From positions 33,418,001 to 33,482,000 of the forward strand of contig NC_043004.1 of assembly GCF_006345805.1 (NCBI RefSeq): a stretch of 64,000 nucleotides of DNA, read 5' to 3'. A program made the translations under genes and the position numbers. The DNA comes from Octopus sinensis. Taxonomy: Eukaryota. Shown here one piece after another: positions 51,349 to 64,000 of the stretch; the first letter of the stretch is position 1, and each line of letters begins with the position of its first letter. Below the pieces are notes generated by a model. That model was not told where the DNA came from. It saw nothing but the letters and a program-made list of their open reading frames with translations, and ran no database searches.

Positions 51349-51784
51349 CAGTAGTTCCTATAATGGAAAAAATTAGAAAGAACTTTCTATAATGATTAGA
51401 CTCCCGATTATAATGATGATGATGATGTATCTTATAAGAGAATATTCCTCATTTTCTGATGTAAACCATTCCCCAGGAGCCGAATTGACTTAAACCTTTC
51501 ATGTGTCTGTATTAGATTTGTACCATAGTCACATCTTTCTGTATCACTTTAGAAAGAAACGTCAGCCTGACCACATTTGAACTCAGAAATACAAGGCGCT
51601 TAAGTAGATATTGGCAAATATTTAGTCAGGTTGAAATGACAGAATCAAAAATAAGATTTTCTCAAATGTATCTCATGAAATTTCAGGAAGATATGTGGTC
51701 ACGTAATAAAGTGCTTTTTACCAATTTAGTTTAAGCTAAGACACATCACAGATATCACCAAACATATACTGTATATGATGTGCA

Positions 51785-51826
<42 letters not shown>

Positions 51827-52142
51827 TATATATATATATATACATACACACATATATATATATATATATATGCTTACGTATGTATGTATTTATAACTATA
51901 TATATACCTGTGTGTGTGGGGGATTGTATTGATAAGTTTTAGAGAGAGAGAGAGAGAAAGAGAGAGAGTGAGAGAGTAGTATGCTTATCTCTTTACTGGA
52001 AACAATTTTGCAATAGAAGGAATATTATTTAATATAACTTTTCCCTGGTGCTGTTTAAGGAGCCAAACATACATGCCATTCTCCAATCATTTACTATATA
52101 ACATTTCACTTTTCCCCACACAAAGTTTTCCTCTAATACATA

Positions 52143-52192
<50 letters not shown>

Positions 52193-52931
52193 TGTGTGCG
52201 TGTCTGTTTGTGTGGTAGGTTTAATCAAAGTTGTAGACGTTTTTTAGAGTATTAAAGCACATATGGTGATATTTTCAGATCACAGCAAATGTATCTTTGA
52301 AAATTTATCAGCAGCTGATGATGAGATGGAATGTAATTTTTCCACTAAAACTTATTGGATTAACAAATAATATTATCTCACTAATAGGTATTTCAGAGTT
52401 TAACTAGATTTGTGGGTTCCGGAAGAGTTCTTTGAAGACAAACAAGATAAATGAATTGCAAATTAGGAGCAACTAATTATATATTTTATCTCATACATTC
52501 TAGGACAAAGACTTTGTCAGTAATTATGTTTTGTAATTTCACAATAGACAAATTAAGCAAAGCTTCAGACCCATTTAAAATGTTAGGCTTGGAGATGTAT
52601 ATGAACACACACACACATGACACACAAACAAGTGCATACAAATACACATAGATGTGCATACACAAGCACATGTACATACAAATGCACACATAAACACACA
52701 CATGCACAGACATATACACACATGAATATATATAGATATACATATATATACAAACATTAAAACAAATTAAAATTAACACAAAACTACAATTACATACATG
52801 TATATCTTTGCATAAATAGGTATACACATATATTTATGTGAATATACACATAAACATGGATACATGTATATATATATATTTATGTATATATACGCATACA
52901 CATTATATATATATATATATAATATATATAT

Positions 52932-53104
52932 ATATTGAATTGAAGTGTACAGTATTATATATCCATTACGGTTGATCTTACTAATTGGTTTCACACCATG
53001 GGTTCAGTGGAGTGTTAGCTAACAGTCCAATTATGTAACCCTGCACTCTTCAGAGGTAGCTATTATGGAATGAAGTATGGTGACTGTACACTTCAATTAA
53101 TATA
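52932..53104 (-). mobile_element. (TA)n-adjacent 170 bp element with ~22 bp inverted ends enclosing a long-stem-II hammerhead-like motif (52975-53057)
   Basis: Ends ATATTGAATTGAAGTGTACAGT / ACTGTACACTTCAATTAATAT; minus strand ACCT-CTGAAGA-gtgcaGGGTT..TGGAcTGTTAG|CTAACAcTCCA..AACCCatggtgt-GAAA-CcaattaG-TA-AGAT. Confidence 0.65.
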
Positions 53105-53235
53105 CCCATTTTACTGACAGATATACGAGTGTATTTTTTCCTGACTTATGGACTCTAAGACAGCTTACACACACACACAACACATATGTATGCATACATT
53201 TGTATACATACATATATACATACATACATACATAT

Positions 53236-53352
53236 CGGGTTCAGTCCCACTGCTTGGTACCTTGGGTAAAGTCTTCTACTATAGCCTTGGGCCGACCAAA
53301 GTGTTGTGAGTGGATTTAGTAGACGGAAACAGAAAGAAGCCAGTCGTATGTA

Positions 53353-53409
<57 letters not shown>

Positions 53410-53679
53410 CATATATATACATATATATATAGATAGATAGATATGTGCGTGTGTGTGTGTATGTTTGGTGGTCTGTATTTGACCCCCCCAACATCGCTTG
53501 ACAACTGATGCTGGGTGTTTACGTTCCCTAACTTAGTGGTCCGGCAAAAGAGTGTGATAGAATAAGTACTAGGCTACAAAGAATAAGCCCTGGGATCGAT
53601 TTGCTCGACTAACGGTGGTGCTCCAGCATGGCCACGGTCAAATGACTGAAACAGTAAAAGAGTAAAAGAGTAAAAGGGT

Positions 53680-53735
<56 letters not shown>

Positions 53736-54003
53736 TATATATACATATATATATATAGATAGATAGATAGTGCGTGTGGTGTGTGTATGTTTGTGTGTCT
53801 GTATTTGACCCCCAACATCGCTTGACAACTGATGCTGGTGTGTTTACGTCCCCTAACTTAGTGGTCGGCAAAAGAGTGTGATAGAATAAGTACTAGGCTA
53901 CAAAGAATAAGCCCTGGGATCGATTTGCTCGACTAACGGTGGTGCTCCAGCATGGCCACGGTCAAATGACTGAAACAAGTAAAAGAGTAAAAGAGTAAAA
54001 GGG
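53236..54003 (+). mobile_element. CORE-like SINE (53236-53680) with its 3' half duplicated (53757-54003)
   Basis: The two 3' halves share private variants and differ mainly by indels. Confidence 0.85.
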
Positions 54004-54004
54004 T

Positions 54005-54053
<49 letters not shown>

Positions 54054-54619
54054 CTTTGTCTCATACTTACTGCGCATACACCATTGATAGCCCAGTTACT
54101 TCGATATTTGTTCTGAGATAATATCTTTTATGGAATTGTGTTCAAAACACCAGCATCAGAATTAGACAAAATATCTTTTCAATAATGAGTGTGAATGCCA
54201 GATGCGTTTTGGCTTTGTATATCATAATCATAAAAATTGTATATCTCTCTATCAATCTGTCTGTCAGTCTGTTTGTTTGTCTGTGTGTCTGTCTAAAACA
54301 TCATAGTCACCATCATCATCATCATCATCATCATCATTTTACATCCAATTTTCCTGCTTGATTGAGTTGGACTGGTTGCTTTTGCTGCTTAGATGGGTTG
54401 GAGGACCAGATCGCACTTGTAAGTTACATATTTCAGTATGTTTTCTACAGCTGGCTACCATTCCTAACACCTACCTCTTCGCAAAGGGTAGTGAGTGCTT
54501 TTGACCCCGGCACCAGTGCATGTGTGTCCGTGTGTCCATGACTATGTGCCTAGATAATAAAATCTATTGTAATAAATGCAATAACTGAGCTATACATACT
54601 CAGAGGAACACACACATAA

Positions 54620-54654
<35 letters not shown>

Positions 54655-54972
54655 TGTATGTATGTATGTATGTATGTATGTATGTGTGAATGTGTCTATT
54701 TCCTTGGATGTGATATTGTTTCTGTTAGATATATCAATGCCATAAATGTATATATTGATGTGTGTATCTTTGTCAGCAGGCCACTGAAAAGACCACTGTT
54801 TAAACTGTACGTGTTTATACAACCTCGCAACGGAATGCAAACAGTGCTGTATTACGAACTCACCCAAAATGTCATGAAATTCAAATATGGACTATTTAGG
54901 TGTAAAATCTTTACATCAAAGTGCACCACTTATTCAATAATTAATATCTAAAAGACAAAATAGGTGTTGTAC

Positions 54973-55022
<50 letters not shown>

Positions 55023-55087
55023 TAATAATGATGATAATAATAATAATAATATTAATAATAATAATAATAATAATAATGATAATAATG

Positions 55088-55136
<49 letters not shown>

Positions 55137-55198
55137 TAATAATAATAATAATGATAATAATAACAATAATAATAATGATAATAATAATAATAATAGTA

Positions 55199-55240
<42 letters not shown>

Positions 55241-55273
55241 TGATTATAATAATAATGATAATAATGATAGTAA

Positions 55274-55332
<59 letters not shown>

Positions 55333-55376
55333 TAGTAAGAATAATGAAAATAATAATAATATTAATAATAATAGTC

Positions 55377-55416
<40 letters not shown>

Positions 55417-55480
55417 TAATAATAATAATAATAATATAATAATAATAATAATAATAACGATAATAATAATGATAATGATG

Positions 55481-55515
<35 letters not shown>

Positions 55516-55530
55516 TAATAATAATAAATA
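54973..55530. repeat. Long (AAT)n microsatellite
   Basis: Direct reading. Confidence 0.95.
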
Positions 55531-56038
55531 TTTTTTTTTCTAATGCAGCACTTTTGTTTTTCAGTGCAAACCTACAAATGGCTCAATAAAAGGATTTAAA
55601 GCTATGATATAACTTTGATATAAAGCATTTACACTGATGGACTCTATTTTCAAATTTCACAACAGTTTGGTTTAGTTCATCATAAATCTCGGTTTACTTA
55701 ACATTTACTGCTGGGTTGTATAAACAAATATAGTTCAAACAGTGTTCTTTTCTGTGGCTTTTTGACTTAAGCAACTGTTCTGTGAATATATATATATAAA
55801 TCAGAAATAAATTATGTCCAGGGAAAGATATACAAACATACATACATACACACACACACATGCATACATACATACACACACACATATACACACACATATA
55901 CACACATATATATATATTCATGTGTGTGTGTTTGTATATATGTATATTATATATATATATATATACGCCTATATATACCTATATATATATGTATATGTAT
56001 ATATGAATGTATATATATATATATATATATATACATAT

Positions 56039-56069
<31 letters not shown>

Positions 56070-56084
56070 TATTCATATATATAT

Positions 56085-56128
<44 letters not shown>

Positions 56129-56352
56129 ATATATATACACAGATAAATATACATACAGGTATATATGTGTGTCTATCTATTTCCTTGGATGTGATATTGA
56201 TGTTATCTTGTTAGTAAACCACTGAAAAGATATATATATATATATATAATATATATATATACAGATAAATATATATATAGGTATATATGTGTGTGTGTCT
56301 ATTTCCTTGGATGTGATATTGATGTTATCTTTGTTAGTAAACCACTGAAAAG

Positions 56353-56409
<57 letters not shown>

Positions 56410-56514
56410 ATACAGAAGAAATTAGAATGACGGAGGAACAAACAACTATGCTGTGAACTTCATAAGCTCAAAGCCATTTCTGCTGGAGGAGACAATGCAC
56501 TCTTAGTTGAATGC

Positions 56515-56935
56515 TTACTCTTTTTACCCTTTTTCTCTTTTACTTGTTTCAGTCATTTGACTGTGGCCATGCTGGTGCACCACCTTTAGTCGAGCAAATC
56601 AACCCCAGGACTTATTCTTTGTAAGCGTAGTACTTATTCTAGTGGTCTCTTTTGCTGAACCGCTAAGTTACAGGGACATAAACACACCAGCATCAGTTGT
56701 CAAGCGATGTTAGGGGGAACAGACACAGACACACAAACACACACACATATATATATGCATAAACATATATATGATGGGCTTCTTTCAGTTTCTGTCTACC
56801 AAATCTACTCACAAGGCTTTGGTCGGCCCAAGGCTATAGTGGAAGACACTTGCCCAAAGTGCTCTGCAGTGGGACTGAACCCAGAATCATATGGTTGGTA
56901 AGCAAGCTACTTACCACACAACCACTCCTGCTTGT
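56515..56935 (-). mobile_element. CORE-like SINE, full length
   Basis: Head, core and tail. Confidence 0.9.
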
Positions 56936-57000
56936 GTATTATTCTATAACTTTATAAGAGTTTCAAACATGAAATTCAGATATATTTGGGAAAACATTTA

Positions 57001-57290
57001 CATCATCATCATCATCGTCGTCATCATCAACATCGTTTAATGTCCGTTTTCCATGCTGGCATTGGTTGGCTGGTTTGACTAAGGACTAGCATGCCAGGAA
57101 GCTGCACCAGACTTCAGTCTGATCTGGCAAGGTTTGTACAGCTGGACGTCTTTCCTAACACCAACCACTCCGGAAATGTAGTGGGTGCTTTTTTCGTGCC
57201 ACCAGTATGGGGGCCAGTCAGGCAGCACTGGCATCCATCACACTCGAATGGTGCTTTTTATGTGCCACCGGCATGGGAGCTAGTCAGAAA
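57001..57290 (-). mobile_element. RTE-type (GAT)n-tailed element
   Basis: Same family as 31204-31626. Confidence 0.8.
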
Positions 57291-57328
57291 GCACACAGAA
57301 AAGCTTTACCAAACGGAGCATGTTTTGA

Positions 57329-57409
57329 AGTTCTGATGGAGCTATAGGGTGATAGTCAAGCGTTCAACTGGGAGTACATTCTGTTTTATAGCCGAAACAG
57401 TTGTAAGCT
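57329..57409 (+). ncRNA. Type I hammerhead-like motif with long stem II
   Basis: AGTT-CTGATGG-aGCTATA....TATAGCc-GAAA-CAGTTG-TA-AGCT: stem I pairs fully, near-palindromic stem III, GUA triplet; A9 is replaced by G. Confidence 0.6.
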
Positions 57410-58675
57410 AATAGCATAATCATTTATTAATTTGTTACTTTTATTTTTTATTACTGCTCTCTACTTGAAAAAATCTTTGAATAAAATGTTGCAAGGAAGT
57501 AGATATGAAAAGAGGTTATATTTGAAAAACCATTACTGGTTCATTTCACATGTTTGAAAAACCATTACTGGGTTCATTTCACATGTTTGACGCTTTGGGT
57601 GAGTTTCTTCTATCATTATCTAAGTTTATTCTAAATAATTTGAGTCAGTCTGTGATAACCCTAACTCCAACCTTGTCACACAGTGTGTCACTGATTCTGC
57701 CTGGAGATTGTACATATGACTTTCAAACACTCAGCCACAAAGATTACAATTTAATAGAGAAGTTATTCAGGGGAGGTAATTCAGGTGATGAAATAATTGG
57801 AACACTTGTTCACCAAAATCAGTTGAAGAGGTCCTCAAACTTTTTGAATTCCAACGAAAGTCAATATTCTAAACCACTTTATTAAGAAAAGCCATGAATT
57901 CTAATTCTGCTACGGACATGGAATTCTGACTCAAGTGGCTTTAATTTCCTCAAATTGAATAATTTTTTTTTTACAAGTTCCTGCATTTAAATATGAGTTA
58001 TAGCTCAGCTGGATTTAATTGTAAATCATGGAGAATCAAGGAATTTATAAAAAATATTATCCAAATTTAGAGAATTCTACCAACCATGCAGAAGTTGGTA
58101 TAAAAACCGCAAAGAGCAAATTAGCAATTACAAAAATTAACTTTTTCAGTGGCAGCACAATTTTCACTTCTATTTCTTTTAAAATGTTTGGCTTCATGTC
58201 CTAACGCAACAAAACAAAATTATTTTCTATGAGCTTAGGAAGGAGCCACTATGTAGTCATTCATTCTGCTGGAGATAGCAGTGAAATCTCCCTCAAATCA
58301 CACCATATCATCTTAGATAAAGGACACATTCAGTAATATTGTCCTAGGAGATATACACTTAAGGAGTTGTCATATTTGGAATGTTTGTGATGATAGGCAT
58401 GCTTGGCTGAGGCTGACATGAAGGTAAATAACAACAACATTAACAACAACAACAACAACAACAATACCTATTATTTTCTATTGTGTAATGGTAGATTAAG
58501 AAATATAGGCAGATGTACCAAAATACTATTGGCTAACCTGGTCAACAATTCAATATTTTCTATCCTGGTATTCATACAACCTTGACTAAGACACTTAGCT
58601 CTCAAAAGCTGGTTATCTAGTTATAGGTAAATGCACATATAAGGGTATGGTTCTCTTAGGAGAACAGCAGCAGCT

Positions 58676-58676
<1 letters not shown>

Positions 58677-58733
<57 letters not shown>
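58677..58733. repeat. (GTA)n microsatellite
   Basis: Direct reading. Confidence 0.95.
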
Positions 58734-58735
<2 letters not shown>

Positions 58736-60046
58736 ACCATCTTCATCATTGTCACCTTAAGCATCATGATAAATTTTAAGGTATTTCCCAATATCTATTT
58801 CCCAATACATATTTATTTTAACTCAAAGAAAAAACTGGTTTTGGATCCTTTGACCATGCTTCAACGCTTTGAAAAATTCTGTCAATAGTTGTGTAATATG
58901 AGTTTTAGCTTCTTTCCTTGGTAACCTAATCTGCTACCCACTTCTTTAAAATGTAAATGTATCTTCAACTACAGCAAATGCACATATATATATGTATAAT
59001 GTGGCCATCGTGTGTGGTTCTTTATGCTACCCCCTGCAGCCCCTGCACATAGAATTATTTCTAAGATATTAATTAATCACTTATCGCTGTAATTGATGAT
59101 TTAGTTGAACAATGTTTATCTGAAAGTAATGAAGTTAAATTGGTCAGTTGATGGTTTAGCTCAGCCAATTGACCACATCACAATCAAGTTAAACTGAACA
59201 GTTGATGATTTAAACTGGGCCAATTTATACATGAGACGACTGATTGTCTTTTGTGGTCTTTATTTATTAATGATCTCATTTCAAATGAAGCTCATTACAA
59301 TGGTCTCTAAAACAGAACAAAGAATCATTATGATTCTTTATAAAATATTTTCTTTAATTACATGTGTGAGTTGAGCTGTATGTGTATATATGTGTATATG
59401 TGAGCTTGTGTGAGCACATGTGTTTGTATATGAGTTTGTATATGCGTATGCATATAAGTCTATATGTGTGTATGTATATACGTTTTTATATGTGTGTGTC
59501 TCCATGTCTCTCTGTTCCTGAATGCGTGCATCCATGCCATCAATGAATTTCTATGATCAGATAAAAATTATCTATCCTCAGCAGACTTATTGGCATTTAC
59601 ACTTTGGTTAATGAAGGCTTGTTGTAGTTGGTCTGCAGCTATTTAGACAGAATTGTTATTAAAAGCCTTGTGTACAGTCCATTAAAACAATTATCTTTGG
59701 TCATTGTTAGCACTTAGTCATGGTCACCTGTCCAGAGTAATGACCTAGCAATGACTCAATAATAGGAAATGGCCTGCCAGTGGTTATGGCTTCTTGATAA
59801 CAAAGGAATCCAAATAGCAGAGACGATGAAAGACAGCAATGATTGCAGTAATTATTTGATTGAAATAACATCTATATCTTTAGACAAAGTGTCAGTGCAA
59901 ACCTTAAAGCAGAAGACAATTAAAGAAGAGTGAGAGATTGAAATATATCTGACTGAAAGTTTTATTTAACTTCCTACAAGTTATTATAAATTAGAGTCAG
60001 TATTATACATAATATTTTAAAGTGTTAGTATTAAATATCTTGAATA

Positions 60047-60405
60047 TAGGCACAGGATTGGCTGTGTAGTAAGAAGCTTGATTCCCAACCACATGGTTCT
60101 TGATTCAGTCCCACTGCATGGCACCTTGGGCAAGTGTCTTCTACTATAACCTCGGGCTGACCAAAGTCTTGTGAGTGGATTTGGTAGATGGAAACTGAAA
60201 GAAGCCCACAGTGTATATGTGTGTATATGTCTGTGTGCCCCCCACCACCACTTGTGTTTATGTCTCCATAACTTAGTGGTTCAGCAAAATAGACACAGGC
60301 TTAAAAAATAAAAATTATGTATTAGGATCGATCCATTCAAATAAAAATTTCTCAAGTCAGTGCCCCAGGATGGCTGCAGTCACATGACTGAAACATGTAA
60401 AAGAA
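60047..60405 (+). mobile_element. CORE-like SINE
   Basis: Head, core and tail. Confidence 0.85.
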
Positions 60406-61052
60406 AATATTGGAAAACATAAGGATGTAGATTTTGAGATATTAGTAGATATCAGTGAATTGATTCCATGGAGTATAGCAAAAGACATGAATGTTTACAA
60501 AAAGCAGCAGTAATACATGTTAATGAGGAAAGTCTCCATGCAGCCACATGGTCTGCTACAAATAACATCAAAGGCTCACTCAAATTATACCCTACAGTAT
60601 TTAAAAAAAGAAAAAAAGAGTATATATTAAATCATTTAGCTTTAGGCATTTTAAATTTGATGGGAACTCTGGTTGATACATCTTAGATTGAATGTCTGAT
60701 AGATCAGGATTAAAAAACATGCAATTAATTATGTTTTCTTTGTTTAAATGTTGATAAACAGAAAACTTCACTTCTTTAAGTAAATTTATCTGGAGCCTAA
60801 AGAGAGGAATGTGAGGGAAGATATCAAATGGCACTACCTTATAATGGTGGGAATTGCAATTTATAATTTGAGGTGACACTGGATATCCTCACATCCAAAT
60901 ATAACATATACCAAATAAAAGAAATGAAACAACATACATTTACTAAGAAGAACCTTTAAAACCTTCCCAAATAAATTCAATACTGACTAGCGCCCTAATA
61001 GGTTGGGGGTCTCCCTTTCCTGTTCTGGTATATTTAGCATTGCTAACGTTAC

Positions 61053-61240
61053 TTTCTACTATAGGCACAAGGCCTGAAATTTTGGGAGATGAGACCAGTC
61101 AATTACATCGACCTCAGTACATGACTGGTAATTATTTTATTGAAACAGAAAGGATAGAAGACAAAGTTGACCTAAGTGGAATTTGAACTACCTCTAGCAT
61201 TTTGCCTGGCACACTAACCGTTCTGCCAGCTTGCTACTTT
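61053..61240 (-). mobile_element. Meta-like SINE with internal deletion
   Basis: Tail A and core. Confidence 0.75.
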
Positions 61241-61269
61241 TAAACATAACTAATTTTATTTTGTACATA

Positions 61270-61540
61270 ATTCTTTTATTTGTTTCAGTCATTTGACTGT
61301 GGCCATGCTGGAGCACCACCTTTAGTCGAACAAATCGACCCCAGGACTTATTATTTGTAAGCTAAGTACTTATTCTATCAGTCTCTTTTGCCAAACCCCT
61401 AAGTTATGGGGGCTAAAACACACCAGCATCGCATGTCAAGCAATGTTAGGGGGAACACAAACACAGACACACAAACACACATACATATATATGACAGGCT
61501 TCTTTCAGTTTCCGTCTACCAAATCCTCTCATAAGGCTTT
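61270..61540 (-). mobile_element. 5'-truncated CORE-like SINE
   Basis: Tail and internal segment. Confidence 0.8.
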
Positions 61541-62479
61541 AATATCTATTTTCTCTAATTATATTAGTTATCTTAATTTTCTAATTATTATTGTTGTAGT
61601 TGTTTGTATTGTTATTACTATTATTTTAATTTTTTAAAAACTGTGTTTAGATTGCTTAATCATTATTTTTTAATTATTTTTAAATTTATTTTTTTATATA
61701 TCTGTCTTTTAATTCCTTTTTTATTTGAGTTTATCTTAATCATTCATTTTATTTATATTTTACTTTCCAAATATATTTTTTATTTTAAAATAAATAAATA
61801 ATTTTATTACAAAATACATTTTTATTTTACTTTGAACTAAAATAATGTTTTTGAAATAAAATTTCTTCTTCAGTGAATAATATATTGGTTATTTTCCTTT
61901 AGAATTCTTATTAACTCAAACCGTCTTTTACACACAGCTTCTACTTAGAATTAATACTGACCAAATGACATTTTCATCAAAACCTAAATAATTATCTACA
62001 GAATAGGTTGATTCTATATGTCCTGTCTATGTATTTGAATTGGTCAGTAATAGTTTAAAAAGGGTTGGAATTTTGCCATAAACGTATTTTGAGTTGGCTA
62101 ATTGATGGATGGCATTGGAGAAACTAAATATCCTATTATGAATCTATCTTGATTTGCTAAGCACAATTCCTAACTTGTGCTCCTAAAATACTGCCATTAC
62201 CCTTTATATTGGTCAAATACTGTTAGTTTCACGACTAGTTATCTTCCTTAAGATGTTCTCCATTCCAAGAAAGGGATAATGTTTAATTTCTCTATCTCTG
62301 CAGAATCTTAATCAATCAAATACAAGACCAATTAACGAGCATGATTACTGCATTGCAGAATTTTGGAATTTACCAGTTGATCCAAATTTGCATAAACAGA
62401 TTAAAGAATTCACCATTTTTGTGTTTCTCTCTCTCTCCCACTTTCTCTCTCTTTCTTTCTTTCTCTCTCTTTCTTTCTT

Positions 62480-62511
<32 letters not shown>

Positions 62512-63002
62512 ACTCTCCCTATCTCTTTGTGTGTGTGTGTATCGAAATTCATATATCACTGGTCAAAAATTCTTCAAATTAAAATTTTGTTCAAAACAAG
62601 TTTTCATTTGTTGCTTAACTTCAATGACCAATCAGTGACAAAGACTTACTCACCAGCTTTAGACAACAACACTAAAATAAACAAGACTAAAAATATTGAA
62701 ACAGCATTCTCTCATTTTCTTCCTTTAATCACCATACATAGATGGCTAATATTGTAAAGTTGTGACTCAATGGGATCCTAAAAGAGGTGCCAGTGGTTAT
62801 TAAACCTGGCTTTAAAGGAGCACTTCGTTGCTTCAACATTTTTTTATATGTGTCTTTTTATTGCTGCTACTGTTGGTGCTGCTGCTCCTGCTGTTGCTGC
62901 AACTGTTGGACACCACCTCTGCTTTGTAGATCATAGCCTCAGTTTTGCATCAATCATTTATTAAGTATTCACCAGAATTATTCAAGGGGAAGTAACTTTT
63001 AC

Positions 63003-63127
63003 CATCACAGTATGGTTATTTGTCCCTTTCGAGTTTTTCACCACTAAACTGACCAAATCTGTATAGATACTGCCATTAAAAAAGAGGCTACGAGTTTCCT
63101 GTCCGCAAGTGTGATGTGCTGCCTGTA
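63003..63127 (-). CDS. Candidate internal exon (unverified)
   Basis: TTGCTCTTGGCAG acceptor, ATG|gtaaaag donor, 125 bp open in one frame: QAAHHTCGQETRSLFFNGSIYTDLVSLVVKNSKGTNNHTVM. Confidence 0.3.
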
Positions 63128-63216
63128 CTGCCAAGAGCAACAGTAGATGTGAAATCAACCGTAACTTTCTGACAGGTTATATACCATAACCAAGGATATA
63201 CTACTTAACTAAATTC

Positions 63217-63910
63217 CACACGCATGCACACACACATACACACACACACCACACACACACACACACACATATGTACATAGAGAGAAAGAAAGACTGAGTG
63301 AGAAAGAGAAAGATAAAATTATATATGCATGTATGAAATTTCATATATACACATACATACACACATATAAATATAAGCATGTATAGCTACACACATACAC
63401 ACACGCTCACACACACTTGCATGAACACACACACTGTCACTTGCACATGCACACGCACAAACAAACTTGTACACACACACACTTGTGTGCACACACCCGT
63501 ACACACACACACATTCATATACATGCACACACAGGTACACACACATACACACACTCATGCACATGCATGCACATGCATACACATGCATGCACACTCATAC
63601 ACATGCATGCAAACATACACACACATGCTCACACACACTTGCATGCTCACACACACAAACTTGTACACACACACACACACATACACACACACTTGTATAC
63701 ATGCATACACATACTCATATACATGCACGTGCACATGCATACACACATGCACACACATATATGTACATAAGAGAGAGAGAGAGAGAAAAGTATATATGCT
63801 TGTGTGCATTTTTATATATATACATCCATACACACACATAAATATATGCCTGTATAGCTATATAAGTGTGTGTATAGACACAGATACACACACACATACA
63901 CATACATGCA
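63217..63910. repeat. Degenerate (CA)/(CATG)-rich simple repeat region
   Basis: Direct reading. Confidence 0.9.
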
Positions 63911-64000
63911 TATCATTATCAGTCAGATACTTCTTTTATCGATCGCTATTTGCCAAACTGTTACGTTAGACAAATATATAATCATTGAATAAGTTAGAAA

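Noticed and set aside
54781-54850. Additional hammerhead (CTGAAAA..CACTGTTT/AAACAGTG)
   Set aside because: Core is mutated and no GAAA/NUH follows the stem
57550-57885. 111 aa non-repetitive ORF, or a piggyBac-like relic on the opposite strand
   Set aside because: Starts within a 33 bp tandem duplication; no recognisable domain or convincing splice signals

Overview
AT-rich, microsatellite-saturated eukaryotic DNA. The repeat families resemble those of an octopus (coleoid cephalopod); this is inferred from SINE sequences, not proven. No intact protein-coding gene can be supported, and almost all ORF-track entries are microsatellite translations. Main content: about 35 copies of two tRNA-derived SINE families (CORE-like and Meta/MESC-like), about 9 RTE-type (GAT)n-tailed elements, and decayed coding fossils of a Helitron Rep-Hel, PIF1 helicase, Tc1/mariner transposases, a Penelope-like RT/GIY-YIG element, an R4/Dong-type RLE LINE, an RTE LINE and a probable L1/Tx1 LINE. 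There is also a non-autonomous Helitron, several long foldback elements, a TSD-flanked tailless tRNA-Ile retrocopy and a U6 pseudogene fused directly to a full-length SINE. The most notable signal is a set of about seven type I hammerhead-ribozyme-like folds, mostly unrelated in sequence and several with long stem II, in short non-coding elements usually beside (TA)n tracts. Also notable: 33 bp and 84-134 bp flanking duplications around one SINE tail subfamily, four SINEs stacked at one target site, and an (AAT)n-embedded 560 bp element. Coordinates of decayed repeats are approximate.
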